Of a stretch of DNA of 33,587 nt, positions 25,752-33,587 are shown in pieces; positions within the stretch are counted from its first letter, which is position 1, and each line of letters begins with the position of its first letter. Origin of the DNA: a virus (taxonomy: Duplodnaviria; Caudoviricetes). The notes below the pieces were generated by a model. It saw only the letters and a program-made list of their open reading frames with translations. It searched no databases and had not been told where the DNA came from. The stretch lies in IMG/VR virus record IMGVR_UViG_3300051213_000989, positions 1 through 33,587 of that record; one strand, 5' to 3'. The translations under genes and the position numbers were made by a program.

Positions 25752-26188
25752 ACGTATTTGAATGATGGGTTCTGAGTCTGAGAAATATAACCTCTAAACG
25801 ACTCGGTAAGAGCAGCTAATTCAGTAGCAACACGCGCAATCTTACGTTGTTCAGATTGTTTCATTCTATCAAAGATAGTATCTGCTTCGGAGTTAGCTAA
25901 AACAGATTGAATCGAATCACCACTAGTGCCGTTAAGGAATTCAAGGAACTCATCGCATTTTACAACCCATGAGCTAAGTTTGTCTTGCATAGCTTGTGAT
26001 TGTGCGGATTTAATCTCCGCAGCCTTTGCTGCAAGATCATTGTTTGGTTCGCCACTCGGTTCAGTATCTGCATCGAATTCTGCAGGATCGGTACCTTTAT
26101 CAAGCGAATCTTCCATTGCCTGACGCTCTAATTCAGCATTGTCTTGCTCTGATAATAACTTAAAGAAACTCTTTTCGAACTTATTCAT
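25748..26188 (-). CDS. Hypothetical late protein, probable internal head protein
   Basis: 146 aa; leader MNKFEKSFFKLLSE|Q; AATAAATA 5 nt upstream. Confidence 0.65.
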   Translation of the reverse strand: MNKFEKSFFKLLSEQDNAELERQAMEDSLDKGTDPAEFDADTEPSGEPNNDLAAKAAEIKSAQSQAMQDKLSSWVVKCDEFLEFLNGTSGDSIQSVLANSEADTIFDRMKQSEQRKIARVATELAALTESFRGYISQTQNPSFKYV

Positions 26189-26193
26189 ATGTT

Positions 26194-26215
26194 TATTTAT
26201 TCTTCTACATAAATA
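26194..26215. promoter_or_regulatory. Back-to-back divergent late promoters
   Basis: AATAAATA on - (26194-26201), 5 nt from ATG 26188; CATAAATA on + (26208-26215), 5 nt from GTG 26221. Confidence 0.65.
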
Positions 26216-26220
26216 ATTAT

Positions 26221-26553
26221 GTGATTAATACAACAAATCCATACAGCACGGGTGTTGCTTCAGATTTTGCTAACGCACAAAGCGATGTTAAAAGCCAAAT
26301 GAATCAATTTAAACGTGAAGAAGATGAAGCAAAAGCACCGCATGTGCTTCCCTTTTCTTTAGAGCATAAAATCGAACCTCTTCTTGCTACAGCTTTATTA
26401 TCATTCGAGCAAATACGCGGCGAGCTTCTTACACAGCTAAAAAGTAACCCTGCAATAAATCAAGAAAAAGCAGATATTGTTATTAATAAAATACAACAAA
26501 TTAACAGCGATATACTTGATTTATCACCTTATTTGCGTACAATCACTTTATAA
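26221..26553 (+). CDS. Hypothetical late protein
   Basis: 110 aa, helical; GTG start after a late box. Confidence 0.6.
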   Translation: MINTTNPYSTGVASDFANAQSDVKSQMNQFKREEDEAKAPHVLPFSLEHKIEPLLATALLSFEQIRGELLTQLKSNPAINQEKADIVINKIQQINSDILDLSPYLRTITL

Positions 26554-26975
26554 TGATTGGTATAATTAGGTCCTTGTTAATAACACTCGCTGTAAGCGGT
26601 GGCTTTGCTTTTGCTCTAAAACAATTCTTTGGGTTTTGGGAGTGTTTTGTTTTATTTACTGTGGTTCAGTTTTTGTTTTTCTTTTTTACAAAAAATAATC
26701 AAATTCAAGAAACAACAGACATTATACAAGATCTTGCTGATAATCTTGACGCTCTTATAGAAAAGCAACAAGTAAATGTTGCGTGTCCGTGTGGTAAAAA
26801 TACCATACCAACGGTGCTATTTCTTGATGAAGAGGTTATATTAGAGTGTGATAAGTGTGGTAATAAATTTAAGGTTGTAGTAGATATTCAAACACAGCTT
26901 GTCACAGAACCTGTAAATATGGAAGTTGTTTATAATAATCTTAAACAACTAAAAGAACAAGAAAAGGAACTCTAA
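26553..26975 (+). CDS. Membrane protein with C-terminal zinc ribbon
   Basis: Two N-terminal hydrophobic segments, then CPCG...CDKCG. Confidence 0.65.
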   Translation: MIGIIRSLLITLAVSGGFAFALKQFFGFWECFVLFTVVQFLFFFFTKNNQIQETTDIIQDLADNLDALIEKQQVNVACPCGKNTIPTVLFLDEEVILECDKCGNKFKVVVDIQTQLVTEPVNMEVVYNNLKQLKEQEKEL

Positions 26976-26986
26976 TATAATAAGAC

Positions 26987-27229
26987 ATGAAGCAATTCGA
27001 ATTTAAATTGAAAAACGGTACAACGAAAGTAATGGAATTTGACGAGTTCGTGAGATGGGCATGCCTCATCGAGGGGATCGATTATATTAGTAAAGCGTGT
27101 GAGCAAAACAATATTGAAGCAAGTGATGATTGCTGGATCAAGCCACTAGCAATTCAAAATTACATTGAAGAGCGGTTTCACTCTATGAAACACGACCTTA
27201 AGGTAGAAGCTACACTTGGTAACATTTAG
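26987..27229 (+). CDS. Hypothetical protein, possibly gp33 late-transcription coactivator
   Basis: IDYISKACEQNNIE...LKVEATLGNI resembles the gp33 pattern; TATAAT 5 nt before ATG. Confidence 0.4.
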   Translation: MKQFEFKLKNGTTKVMEFDEFVRWACLIEGIDYISKACEQNNIEASDDCWIKPLAIQNYIEERFHSMKHDLKVEATLGNI

Positions 27230-28860
27230 TATTTGATACAATAGTAGAGAGCGATATTACGTGGTCTCGTTGCGCCGTATGCAAAGCCACTAGAACCGAG
27301 AGTTCCAAAGCTTGTAACCACAGTACTTGATCGTAAGACACCAGAGTAATCGCTAGCGCTAACAATATCATAGCCTGCCTTAGGAGCAAAAGTTATATTA
27401 TCGTTTTCACTATCGCTATACAAACCTGTAACATTGAGAACATTTAGATTAGGATCGCCAACTGTTATAGTTCCTTTTTGTGTAGAAGCAAATGCTCTGT
27501 TAGAATCGATACCTCTACTATCATCCCAACCTCTCACAAATTCGCCTCTTAAATCAGGTAATGTGAATGTTGTGGTGCCATTGCCATTACCATATGTTGT
27601 GCCAATCGCTGCGAATAACGCTGCATAAGTTGTGCGACTTACTTGCTGACCATTACAGTACAGCCAACCAGTAGGAGCAGCGCTCATTGCAAATGTCATA
27701 ATTGCACCTGCTGGTGTACGAAGTTGATCAACATATGCTTTTGTTGTGAGATGGGCACCGGAAACAGGCATTGCTGGTGAACCTGTGAGAGGATTGGTAT
27801 TTGTTGGATTATAATCACCGTAGCATGATACTAAGCCGTGAGAGTGTAGTTCTATTTTAGGTATCCAGCTATACGTCGGACCCGTCGCACCAATAACGAT
27901 GCTATCTGCGTATGTAGAAAGTGGGTTAGAAAAAACACCACTAGCTTGTGGATCATCGCCAAGAGCGATTCTCAACTCTGATTTACCTCCAAAATAACTA
28001 CCCGAATTTACACGCTGTATAGATATTTGATCTGTATTCTCACCAGTAGCACCAAACATTACCTTACTTGAAGTTGGTATAAAAAGACTGCCGCTATTAT
28101 TTGTAAGTTGTAAGCTGCCTACGTTTAACGTACCGGTAGATGTAATTGAGCCGTCACATTGAATATTACCATTAACATGTAATTTAGCACTCGGTGAAGA
28201 AGTACCAATGCCTACATTACCACTGCCTTTAATTATTAAACGTACTGCTTGTCTATCAGTACTACGATCACCAGATGGTGTTGTTGAAAAAACAAGATCT
28301 GATGAACCATTTGTTTCTATTGTACCGGCAACTCTTGATGTTGTAATATTATTTTCATTACGATAGTCGAGATAACCAAGTCTATATGTTACATTACTAG
28401 CAAAATCATTGTTAATAGAAATGCCATTATTTTCTGTCACAGTACCAGAAAAGCGAGCAATAGTATCGGTATCCATAACCTCAAACTTTGTACTGGGTGT
28501 TGTACCAACTCCTACTCTACCTTCTGAAGTAATAACAAAAGGTGTTATATCAGGATTAGTTTCATCCTCAACAAGTAAAACATTACCACTACTCGCTTGC
28601 GTTATTCTTAATGCATTTGTTGACGAGTTAGCGTTAATAATAACCGGTCCCGTCGCGCTTAAGACACCAGTTAAAACAGGGTTATTGCGATCAGCTTTTG
28701 CACTAAGCGCCACTGTGCTTACCGCGCCCCAAGATCCGCTGTTTGCTTGAACAGCAGTATAAACATCCGGTCGAATATCAAGAGTACTTTGAGCACCTGC
28801 TAGTGTGCTAGTAATTAAAAGATCGTCAATATGCTGCCTTACAATAACATCAGAAGCCAT
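27226..28860 (-). CDS. Tail fibre protein with phage tail-collar domain
   Basis: GRVGVGT and GNVGIGTSSP repeats, TTKAYVD, collar PAGAIMTF...APTGWLYCNG..VSRTTYAALFAAIGTTYG...TFTLPDLRGEFVRGWD, C-terminal TRPRNIALYYCIKY. Confidence 0.88.
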   Translation of the reverse strand: MASDVIVRQHIDDLLITSTLAGAQSTLDIRPDVYTAVQANSGSWGAVSTVALSAKADRNNPVLTGVLSATGPVIINANSSTNALRITQASSGNVLLVEDETNPDITPFVITSEGRVGVGTTPSTKFEVMDTDTIARFSGTVTENNGISINNDFASNVTYRLGYLDYRNENNITTSRVAGTIETNGSSDLVFSTTPSGDRSTDRQAVRLIIKGSGNVGIGTSSPSAKLHVNGNIQCDGSITSTGTLNVGSLQLTNNSGSLFIPTSSKVMFGATGENTDQISIQRVNSGSYFGGKSELRIALGDDPQASGVFSNPLSTYADSIVIGATGPTYSWIPKIELHSHGLVSCYGDYNPTNTNPLTGSPAMPVSGAHLTTKAYVDQLRTPAGAIMTFAMSAAPTGWLYCNGQQVSRTTYAALFAAIGTTYGNGNGTTTFTLPDLRGEFVRGWDDSRGIDSNRAFASTQKGTITVGDPNLNVLNVTGLYSDSENDNITFAPKAGYDIVSASDYSGVLRSSTVVTSFGTLGSSGFAYGATRPRNIALYYCIKY

Positions 28861-28865
28861 GTATA

Positions 28866-28873
28866 TATTTATA
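28866..28873 (-). promoter_or_regulatory. T4-type late promoter (TATAAATA)
   Basis: Exact consensus, 5 nt upstream of ATG 28860. Confidence 0.75.
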
Positions 28874-28883
28874 CAAAGCGCGC

Positions 28884-28911
28884 TTGATTTATTTACTACA
28901 TGTTTTAAAAT
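28884..28911 (+). promoter_or_regulatory. Sigma70-like promoter for the GT8 gene
   Basis: TTGATT-N16-TAAAAT, 11 nt before ATG 28923. Confidence 0.55.
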
Positions 28912-28922
28912 AATAATGTAAC

Positions 28923-29741
28923 ATGAATTTTACAACAGTTGTAGATATCGGCCAGTGGAATTATGTCTTTCCCAATATCCTTGTACTCGAATCATATAAG
29001 CAAAAATATACATATGGTATCTTTACAGGGTGCGGTACAACGTACAATTTATTAAAAGCGAAGATTAAAGCTCTAGATTTTAAATACGGTAAGGTATATA
29101 CGAAGTTAATACCCGGCTTTTTTAACTATTTTAACCTTACAACGATGACACCTAATCATGATTGGATTACCGGAACAACAATGGATCGGTTTGTTGTACC
29201 GGATTTTTGCGAGTATACGAGATACGTGCATCTTGACGCGGATACACTAATTGTTTCGAAAGATATATTTAAACTAAATGAAATAGAGGTATCAGACCGT
29301 GGTCTCGCTGCTGTCCCGAGTCCTACTACTCTAGTAGAGCACGTTTTAGCCTTTAGTGCTGCAGATTTCCTCTTAGATCAAGTCAAAGAAAATAAATATA
29401 CCTTTAATGCTGGTATAATGGTATTTGATACAGATAAGCTCAAGAAACATAAATTTAAAGATTTTATTAGAGATATGTATGCGCGTGGAGAAAATACTGC
29501 GTATATCAATGATGAGTTAATTCTCAATCTTTATGATCCAGGATTTAAAATCCTAGATGATAAGTACAACGTCAAGGTTTATCTTTATGAAGAGCTAAAA
29601 TTATCACCGGAAGAAGTAACAGTAGTTCACTTTTCAGGTAAAACATACAAGCCCTGGTCAAGGACGTATTTCTCAAATATATCAAAGCTGCGAAAATATT
29701 ACGGTCTCTGGGAATATCACTATTATAGTATCTTTGATTAA
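28923..29741 (+). CDS. Glycosyltransferase family 8
   Basis: RF.VP, HLDADTLIV (DxD), FNAGIMVFD, NDELILN, KYN, VHFSG..KPW. Confidence 0.85.
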   Translation: MNFTTVVDIGQWNYVFPNILVLESYKQKYTYGIFTGCGTTYNLLKAKIKALDFKYGKVYTKLIPGFFNYFNLTTMTPNHDWITGTTMDRFVVPDFCEYTRYVHLDADTLIVSKDIFKLNEIEVSDRGLAAVPSPTTLVEHVLAFSAADFLLDQVKENKYTFNAGIMVFDTDKLKKHKFKDFIRDMYARGENTAYINDELILNLYDPGFKILDDKYNVKVYLYEELKLSPEEVTVVHFSGKTYKPWSRTYFSNISKLRKYYGLWEYHYYSIFD

Positions 29742-29747
29742 TCCCCT

Positions 29748-31427
29748 TTAAACTTCACGCCAAGTGTAGTTAAAATATAAATCGAATTTATTATATCTTA
29801 TTGAGTTTGTTATATAGTGATAGTAACTATAGATACTAGAGCTACCTTGAAGCGAGGCCGGTATTTCGCTAATTACCTCTTTTATTTCGGTGTTATTATT
29901 TATAAGAGCATTTACGATAACATCAACATAGTATTCTTCAGTTCTACCTGCTCCTATATCATAAGCAATCTTAGTTTCAGGGTTATCTTTTAAATTTACA
30001 GAAGCAAATTGATCGATTCCACTTTTTACTTTTTGTAGGAATGTATTAAATGATGAAAATCCCTGTACTTGAAATACTATACCGATAAAATTACCTGTTG
30101 GAAAAAGCTTAATAGTGTTTTGTAGCTGTATAACATCATTTTGATAAGTAGATGTATTTGTATTGTTATATGAGCTACTTTCACATTCATCTTGAAATAC
30201 AAGATTTATTAATTTTTTTCCACCTCTTCCAGCACTATTGAGCATTGTTGTATCAAACGTGCGTTCAGTTCCGCTATTAAAAAAGCGTACACGTTGATTA
30301 TAAAGATTTTCGTCATTATTATAGAAAGGTAGTAACTTCTCTTTTAGCTTTCCTGTTGTTACCATTCGATTTAAAACGGTAAGTGTGGAGTTCATTGAAC
30401 CGGAACTATCAGCAATAATATTAACATCGGTATCTGTACTAAAAAATTGTTGCAAGACAAGCGTTTTTTCTTCTTCGTTTGTCGTTATACCATTTACACC
30501 GAAGAAATTATTTTCATAGTTATAAAGAGCAAGTGGAAACGCTACTCTCATTGCTACAAATTTATCATTAACTAGCTCATTACTAACTACCGAATCACTT
30601 TTTCTAGATAAAATAAGCGTATTTATTTGGTTATGAAGACCGTAAGGACGTGCAGATATATTATAATACGCAGTAGAAACGCTGTATGTGCGTGTATTGC
30701 TATCTAACCCGTGACCTATTTCATGAGGCTTAAAGGTTGAAAATAATCTATTTGTAATAGCAAAGTTAGGCGTAGCAGGCCAATTTGTACCAAACGTTGG
30801 TAGCGGTGTCTTATCTTTAACAAGTAAGAGATCATTATCCTTACGATACATTTCATTGTAAGGTATATTATATGTTACACCTGTAATTGGAACCGTAAAG
30901 GTGTGTCCAGAACCTGTTTTAAAAGGTAACTTTGTTGTAAAAGTATGATAACGATTTATTTTTAATCTATATTCTAAAATAATATACTGATTTGATTCTA
31001 TAAGAATCGGTGCTAAAAATACATTACGTGCAAAAGCTGCTCCTGTTGCACTAGACTTAATAGCGAATTCTCTTACTGTCTCGTTATTTGTCGCTATTCT
31101 CGAGGAGAAATACGAATAAAAAACACGTGTTGATAAGTTCTCTGTAGTTACAGAGTGTCTACTACGTGGAATATTAACAAATTCCGATTGACTCGCTGGT
31201 GTAACAACGCCCTGAAGGTCATATCCTTGTGTTCCGGGTAAAGAGGAACTACTACCTAAATCTAAAACTGCAGTCAAAACCGAAGCGTCATTGCTATATA
31301 ACTGCGATAGTCCATTAGCAAGTATAGTATTTTTACGCCAACCGCTTTCATAAACAACACGATCTCCCTCCAATACTTTAATATTGTACTCGCCCCTAAG
31401 CTCAGATATACAGTCGATTTTATTCAT
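29748..31427 (-). CDS. Virion structural (tail/baseplate-associated) protein with a vWA-like domain
   Basis: N-terminal GEY...ESGWRKNTILANGL...LDLGS and TVREFAI...FAR typical of tail proteins; MIDAS-like IIADSSGSM (DSSGS at 30396-30410) and VFQDE. Confidence 0.6.
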   Translation of the reverse strand: MNKIDCISELRGEYNIKVLEGDRVVYESGWRKNTILANGLSQLYSNDASVLTAVLDLGSSSSLPGTQGYDLQGVVTPASQSEFVNIPRSRHSVTTENLSTRVFYSYFSSRIATNNETVREFAIKSSATGAAFARNVFLAPILIESNQYIILEYRLKINRYHTFTTKLPFKTGSGHTFTVPITGVTYNIPYNEMYRKDNDLLLVKDKTPLPTFGTNWPATPNFAITNRLFSTFKPHEIGHGLDSNTRTYSVSTAYYNISARPYGLHNQINTLILSRKSDSVVSNELVNDKFVAMRVAFPLALYNYENNFFGVNGITTNEEEKTLVLQQFFSTDTDVNIIADSSGSMNSTLTVLNRMVTTGKLKEKLLPFYNNDENLYNQRVRFFNSGTERTFDTTMLNSAGRGGKKLINLVFQDECESSSYNNTNTSTYQNDVIQLQNTIKLFPTGNFIGIVFQVQGFSSFNTFLQKVKSGIDQFASVNLKDNPETKIAYDIGAGRTEEYYVDVIVNALINNNTEIKEVISEIPASLQGSSSIYSYYHYITNSIRYNKFDLYFNYTWREV

Positions 31428-32898
31428 TATAATAACTCAAGTTAATTGTTGATAAGGTACCGACAAAAGTACCGACAGGGTGAGCCACCTGTCCAACGAG
31501 CTTATTTAATTCCGAATCTGTTAGTATCCAGTTATCGTTGATATTGTTAAGTGTAAGTGTTAATGTTCCGTTTAAATTTCTATATGCAAAGTAATCCTGT
31601 CTAAAAAGAATATCATTATAACCTGTGGCGGAAATAGCATATCCGTAATTATAAACATCAGGTCCTAGTTGACCCGTTTCATCATAACTACTAATAAATC
31701 CAGATATGATATTTACTGTTGTAATTGCAGTATTAATCTGCGACGGTAGAATATTAGCAGTAAATGGCGGTGGTTGTACTGGATTGTCTGCTTCAGATAA
31801 TATTATCTTTATTTCTTGTATTAATTCATTAACAATAATTTCTGTTGTTCCTCTGTAATTATCTTTATACGCAGTTAAAATATTGAAAGTGTCGCATATT
31901 GGACATAATATTACACCCGTGCTATCTGTTACACCCGCTTGTTGACCATTAACAATAACAGTAGCACCGGGAGCACCGCTGCCATCCTGGTAAATTACCG
32001 CTACTCTTCTAAAGGGACAGTCATTAAAAATAGGAGGTGTAGGTGGTTCGCCATTACCACCAGGCTCTTCAGGGGGTTTTGCAGATAAAAGCGGTCCTTC
32101 AGTTATAACTGATAATTGTGGTAAGTTAGTACCAGGATCAAGAACAGGTATTTCTGTTTTACCTTCAAAATGAAAGTTCTCGACTATAACTTTCGGTACA
32201 GAAGCAATACTTGAAGAACTAATATTTTTTGTAAACGTTACACCGGGTCTAACATAGTTATATAACCCTACGCCTAAGTTTATATCCTGTGTCAGCAAAG
32301 GTATAAAGTCCTGATCTGGTGTATAGCGATAATCAATGTATATCGTACGGCCAAGATTACCCAGTCTTGCACGCACAGTCTTCTTAACACTATCAATAAT
32401 ATTGAAATTTGTTAAAGCGTAGTTAACAGAATATTGATTAAAACTATATTGCGGTGCACCTCCACGCATAGCGACCGAATTAGGTATTCTATCGCTGTCA
32501 TCTTTACCGTCGCGAATAAAATTACCATTAAACGTTACAGATAAAGCAAAGCATCCGGTAGAATCAAATCCTACACCTAAGAGAGCACCTGCAAGACCAC
32601 TCTCTCTATTTGTATTGTAAGTAGATATTTCATCCGGTCTATAGTATGTTGAATCTTCGTCAGGTCTAACATATTGTGATAAATCTACACCTTGTGAATA
32701 ACCTAATCCAGGTCCATAGGTGCCGTTAACAGGTGTAATGGTATCATTCTGTAAGAAAAATAAAAATCCGAACTCCGTCTCTGGTGTTATATCCTCAAGA
32801 TAATAATCAAACGACCAGACGATATCATAAAAAGGAGTAACACCTTGCTCGCATATACCAACAGATGCAGCGCTTAGTGATAAAACAGGATACTCCAT
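31420..32898 (-). CDS. Virion structural protein: lectin-like domain, Pro-rich linker, small beta-sandwich domain
   Basis: GFLFFL...GPGLGY...LLGVGFDSTG (legume-lectin-like); PPEEPGGNGEPPTPP; GATVIVNGQQAGVTDSTG; exact late box upstream. Confidence 0.6.
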   Translation of the reverse strand: MEYPVLSLSAASVGICEQGVTPFYDIVWSFDYYLEDITPETEFGFLFFLQNDTITPVNGTYGPGLGYSQGVDLSQYVRPDEDSTYYRPDEISTYNTNRESGLAGALLGVGFDSTGCFALSVTFNGNFIRDGKDDSDRIPNSVAMRGGAPQYSFNQYSVNYALTNFNIIDSVKKTVRARLGNLGRTIYIDYRYTPDQDFIPLLTQDINLGVGLYNYVRPGVTFTKNISSSSIASVPKVIVENFHFEGKTEIPVLDPGTNLPQLSVITEGPLLSAKPPEEPGGNGEPPTPPIFNDCPFRRVAVIYQDGSGAPGATVIVNGQQAGVTDSTGVILCPICDTFNILTAYKDNYRGTTEIIVNELIQEIKIILSEADNPVQPPPFTANILPSQINTAITTVNIISGFISSYDETGQLGPDVYNYGYAISATGYNDILFRQDYFAYRNLNGTLTLTLNNINDNWILTDSELNKLVGQVAHPVGTFVGTLSTINLSYYNE

Positions 32899-32904
32899 AT
32901 ACTA

Positions 32905-32912
32905 TATTTATA
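32905..32912 (-). promoter_or_regulatory. T4-type late promoter (TATAAATA)
   Basis: Exact consensus, 6 nt upstream of ATG 32898. Confidence 0.75.
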
Positions 32913-32915
32913 CCC

Positions 32916-33125
32916 TCATGCTTTTACAAAGACACAAGTCATTCCTTGATCCTCATTAAATTTTGTAACATGCACTAATTTAAATCCTAATTTTTTATAT
33001 TCTCTATACACTGTTCTAAAAAATTCTATTTCTATATTCAAAACCACACTATGCCTCTTCTCATCTACGAGTACAAAATCCGTAAATTCTTCACCTAGAG
33101 TGTAGACTCTTTTAGTACTAGCCAC
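32916..33125 (-). CDS. Hypothetical protein
   Basis: 69 aa; GTG start 5 nt after ATTAAATA (33131-33138). Confidence 0.55.
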   Translation of the reverse strand: MASTKRVYTLGEEFTDFVLVDEKRHSVVLNIEIEFFRTVYREYKKLGFKLVHVTKFNEDQGMTCVFVKA

Positions 33126-33133
33126 ATAATTAT

Positions 33134-33295
33134 TTAATCTTTTAGATAGTTGACAATCTGTTCTACCTTAGCATGTAAGTTCCTTATTTCTTCAAAAGAT
33201 ACATCATCACTCAATGAGACTTTATATGTTTTGAGAATGCGCTCTAGTACGACAAAGTCTTTTTCTTCAAGACCTTCAACAACAACTTCTTTCAT
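33134..33295 (-). CDS. Small hypothetical protein (53 aa), not in the ORF track
   Basis: MKEVVVEGLEEKDFVVLERILKTYKVSLSDDVSFEEIRNLHAKVEQIVNYLKD; fills the gap and begins at a TAATTATG junction like those at 2276 and 21861. Confidence 0.65.
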   Translation of the reverse strand: MKEVVVEGLEEKDFVVLERILKTYKVSLSDDVSFEEIRNLHAKVEQIVNYLKD

Positions 33296-33297
33296 AA

Positions 33298-33587
33298 TTA
33301 AATTTCTGCGTCTGCTGTAAAGTGATAACCAGTAATATACAAATTGCTTGTTGGTGGTGAAGGATCTGCGAAGTTAACTGAAATAGTTGAGATGCGTTTT
33401 GCACCTAGGGCAACACTGTATACTGTGCCATTACTACCTGTAGCACCTTCCACATAAACACTTCCATACGTTCCTGTTGCTGCAGAAGAGTTTCTTGGAT
33501 TATAAAACCTAACTGTTGGTTTTTTAGCCATTGGAACAGCGAAGCTACCCTGCGCGCAGTGTATACCACCCGCAACTGGTGCAACAG
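33298..33587 (-). CDS. C-terminal part of a tail-fibre-like protein (5' end outside window)
   Basis: Frame is open beyond ATG 33531 to the window end (VAPVAGGIHCAQGSFAVPMAKKPTVRFYNP...HFTADAEI); the F.V.M...PTV...ADAEI ending is typical of fibre C-termini. Confidence 0.6.
   Translation of the reverse strand, partial: VAPVAGGIHCAQGSFAVPMAKKPTVRFYNPRNSSAATGTYGSVYVEGATGSNGTVYSVALGAKRISTISVNFADPSPPTSNLYITGYHFTADAEI

Noticed and set aside
3957-28750. Numerous 60-120 aa ORFs antisense to or nested in assigned genes (e.g. 7480, 11235, 13594, 15599, 18800, 21164, 28409)
   Set aside because: Fully overlap well-supported genes, with no motifs or promoter signals.
1-33587. tRNA genes, CRISPR arrays, IS elements, integrase
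   Set aside because: Intergenic gaps are under about 75 nt and explained by promoters or a terminator; no repeat-spacer pattern, transposase or recombinase motif seen.
1-33587. Stop-codon reassignment
   Set aside because: Core genes are full length in code 11 and end in TAA, TAG (gp46, primase) and TGA (uvsW, gp47, rnh).
1-33587. Specific host or taxon assignment
   Set aside because: Lack of SD sites and promoter shape are suggestive but not sufficient without database comparison.

Overview
AT-rich, gene-dense segment of a large T4-superfamily (myovirus-like) dsDNA phage genome in the standard genetic code. The + strand carries a rearranged T4-type replication/recombination module: uvsY, uvsW, gp55 late sigma, gp47/gp46, a GT-B glycosyltransferase, family B polymerase gp43, uvsX, gp41 helicase, gp32 SSB, gp45 clamp, RNase H, gp61 primase and a possible gp33. 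The - strand carries late genes: putative internal head proteins, and tail/fibre proteins at the right end. Main highlights: (1) between uvsX and gp41 lie a QueC homologue missing three of its four Zn-binding cysteines, a helix-hairpin-helix protein, a stand-alone Ntn glutamine amidotransferase and a GT-A glycosyltransferase, with no folE/queD/queE/dpdA in the window; this is a candidate undescribed DNA or nucleotide modification system. (2) An ORF missing from the ORF track (<1..1916, -) fuses a Pol-beta-type nucleotidyltransferase to a KxDG ligase-like domain and carries prohead-protease-like cleavage motifs, suggesting a virion-delivered enzyme. (3) T4 late boxes (NATAAATA) and TTGA(A/T)(A/T)-N16-TAxxxT promoters mostly sit 5-8 nt upstream of start codons with no Shine-Dalgarno sites, implying largely leaderless mRNAs. 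All functional calls come from motif recognition by eye; no searches were run.
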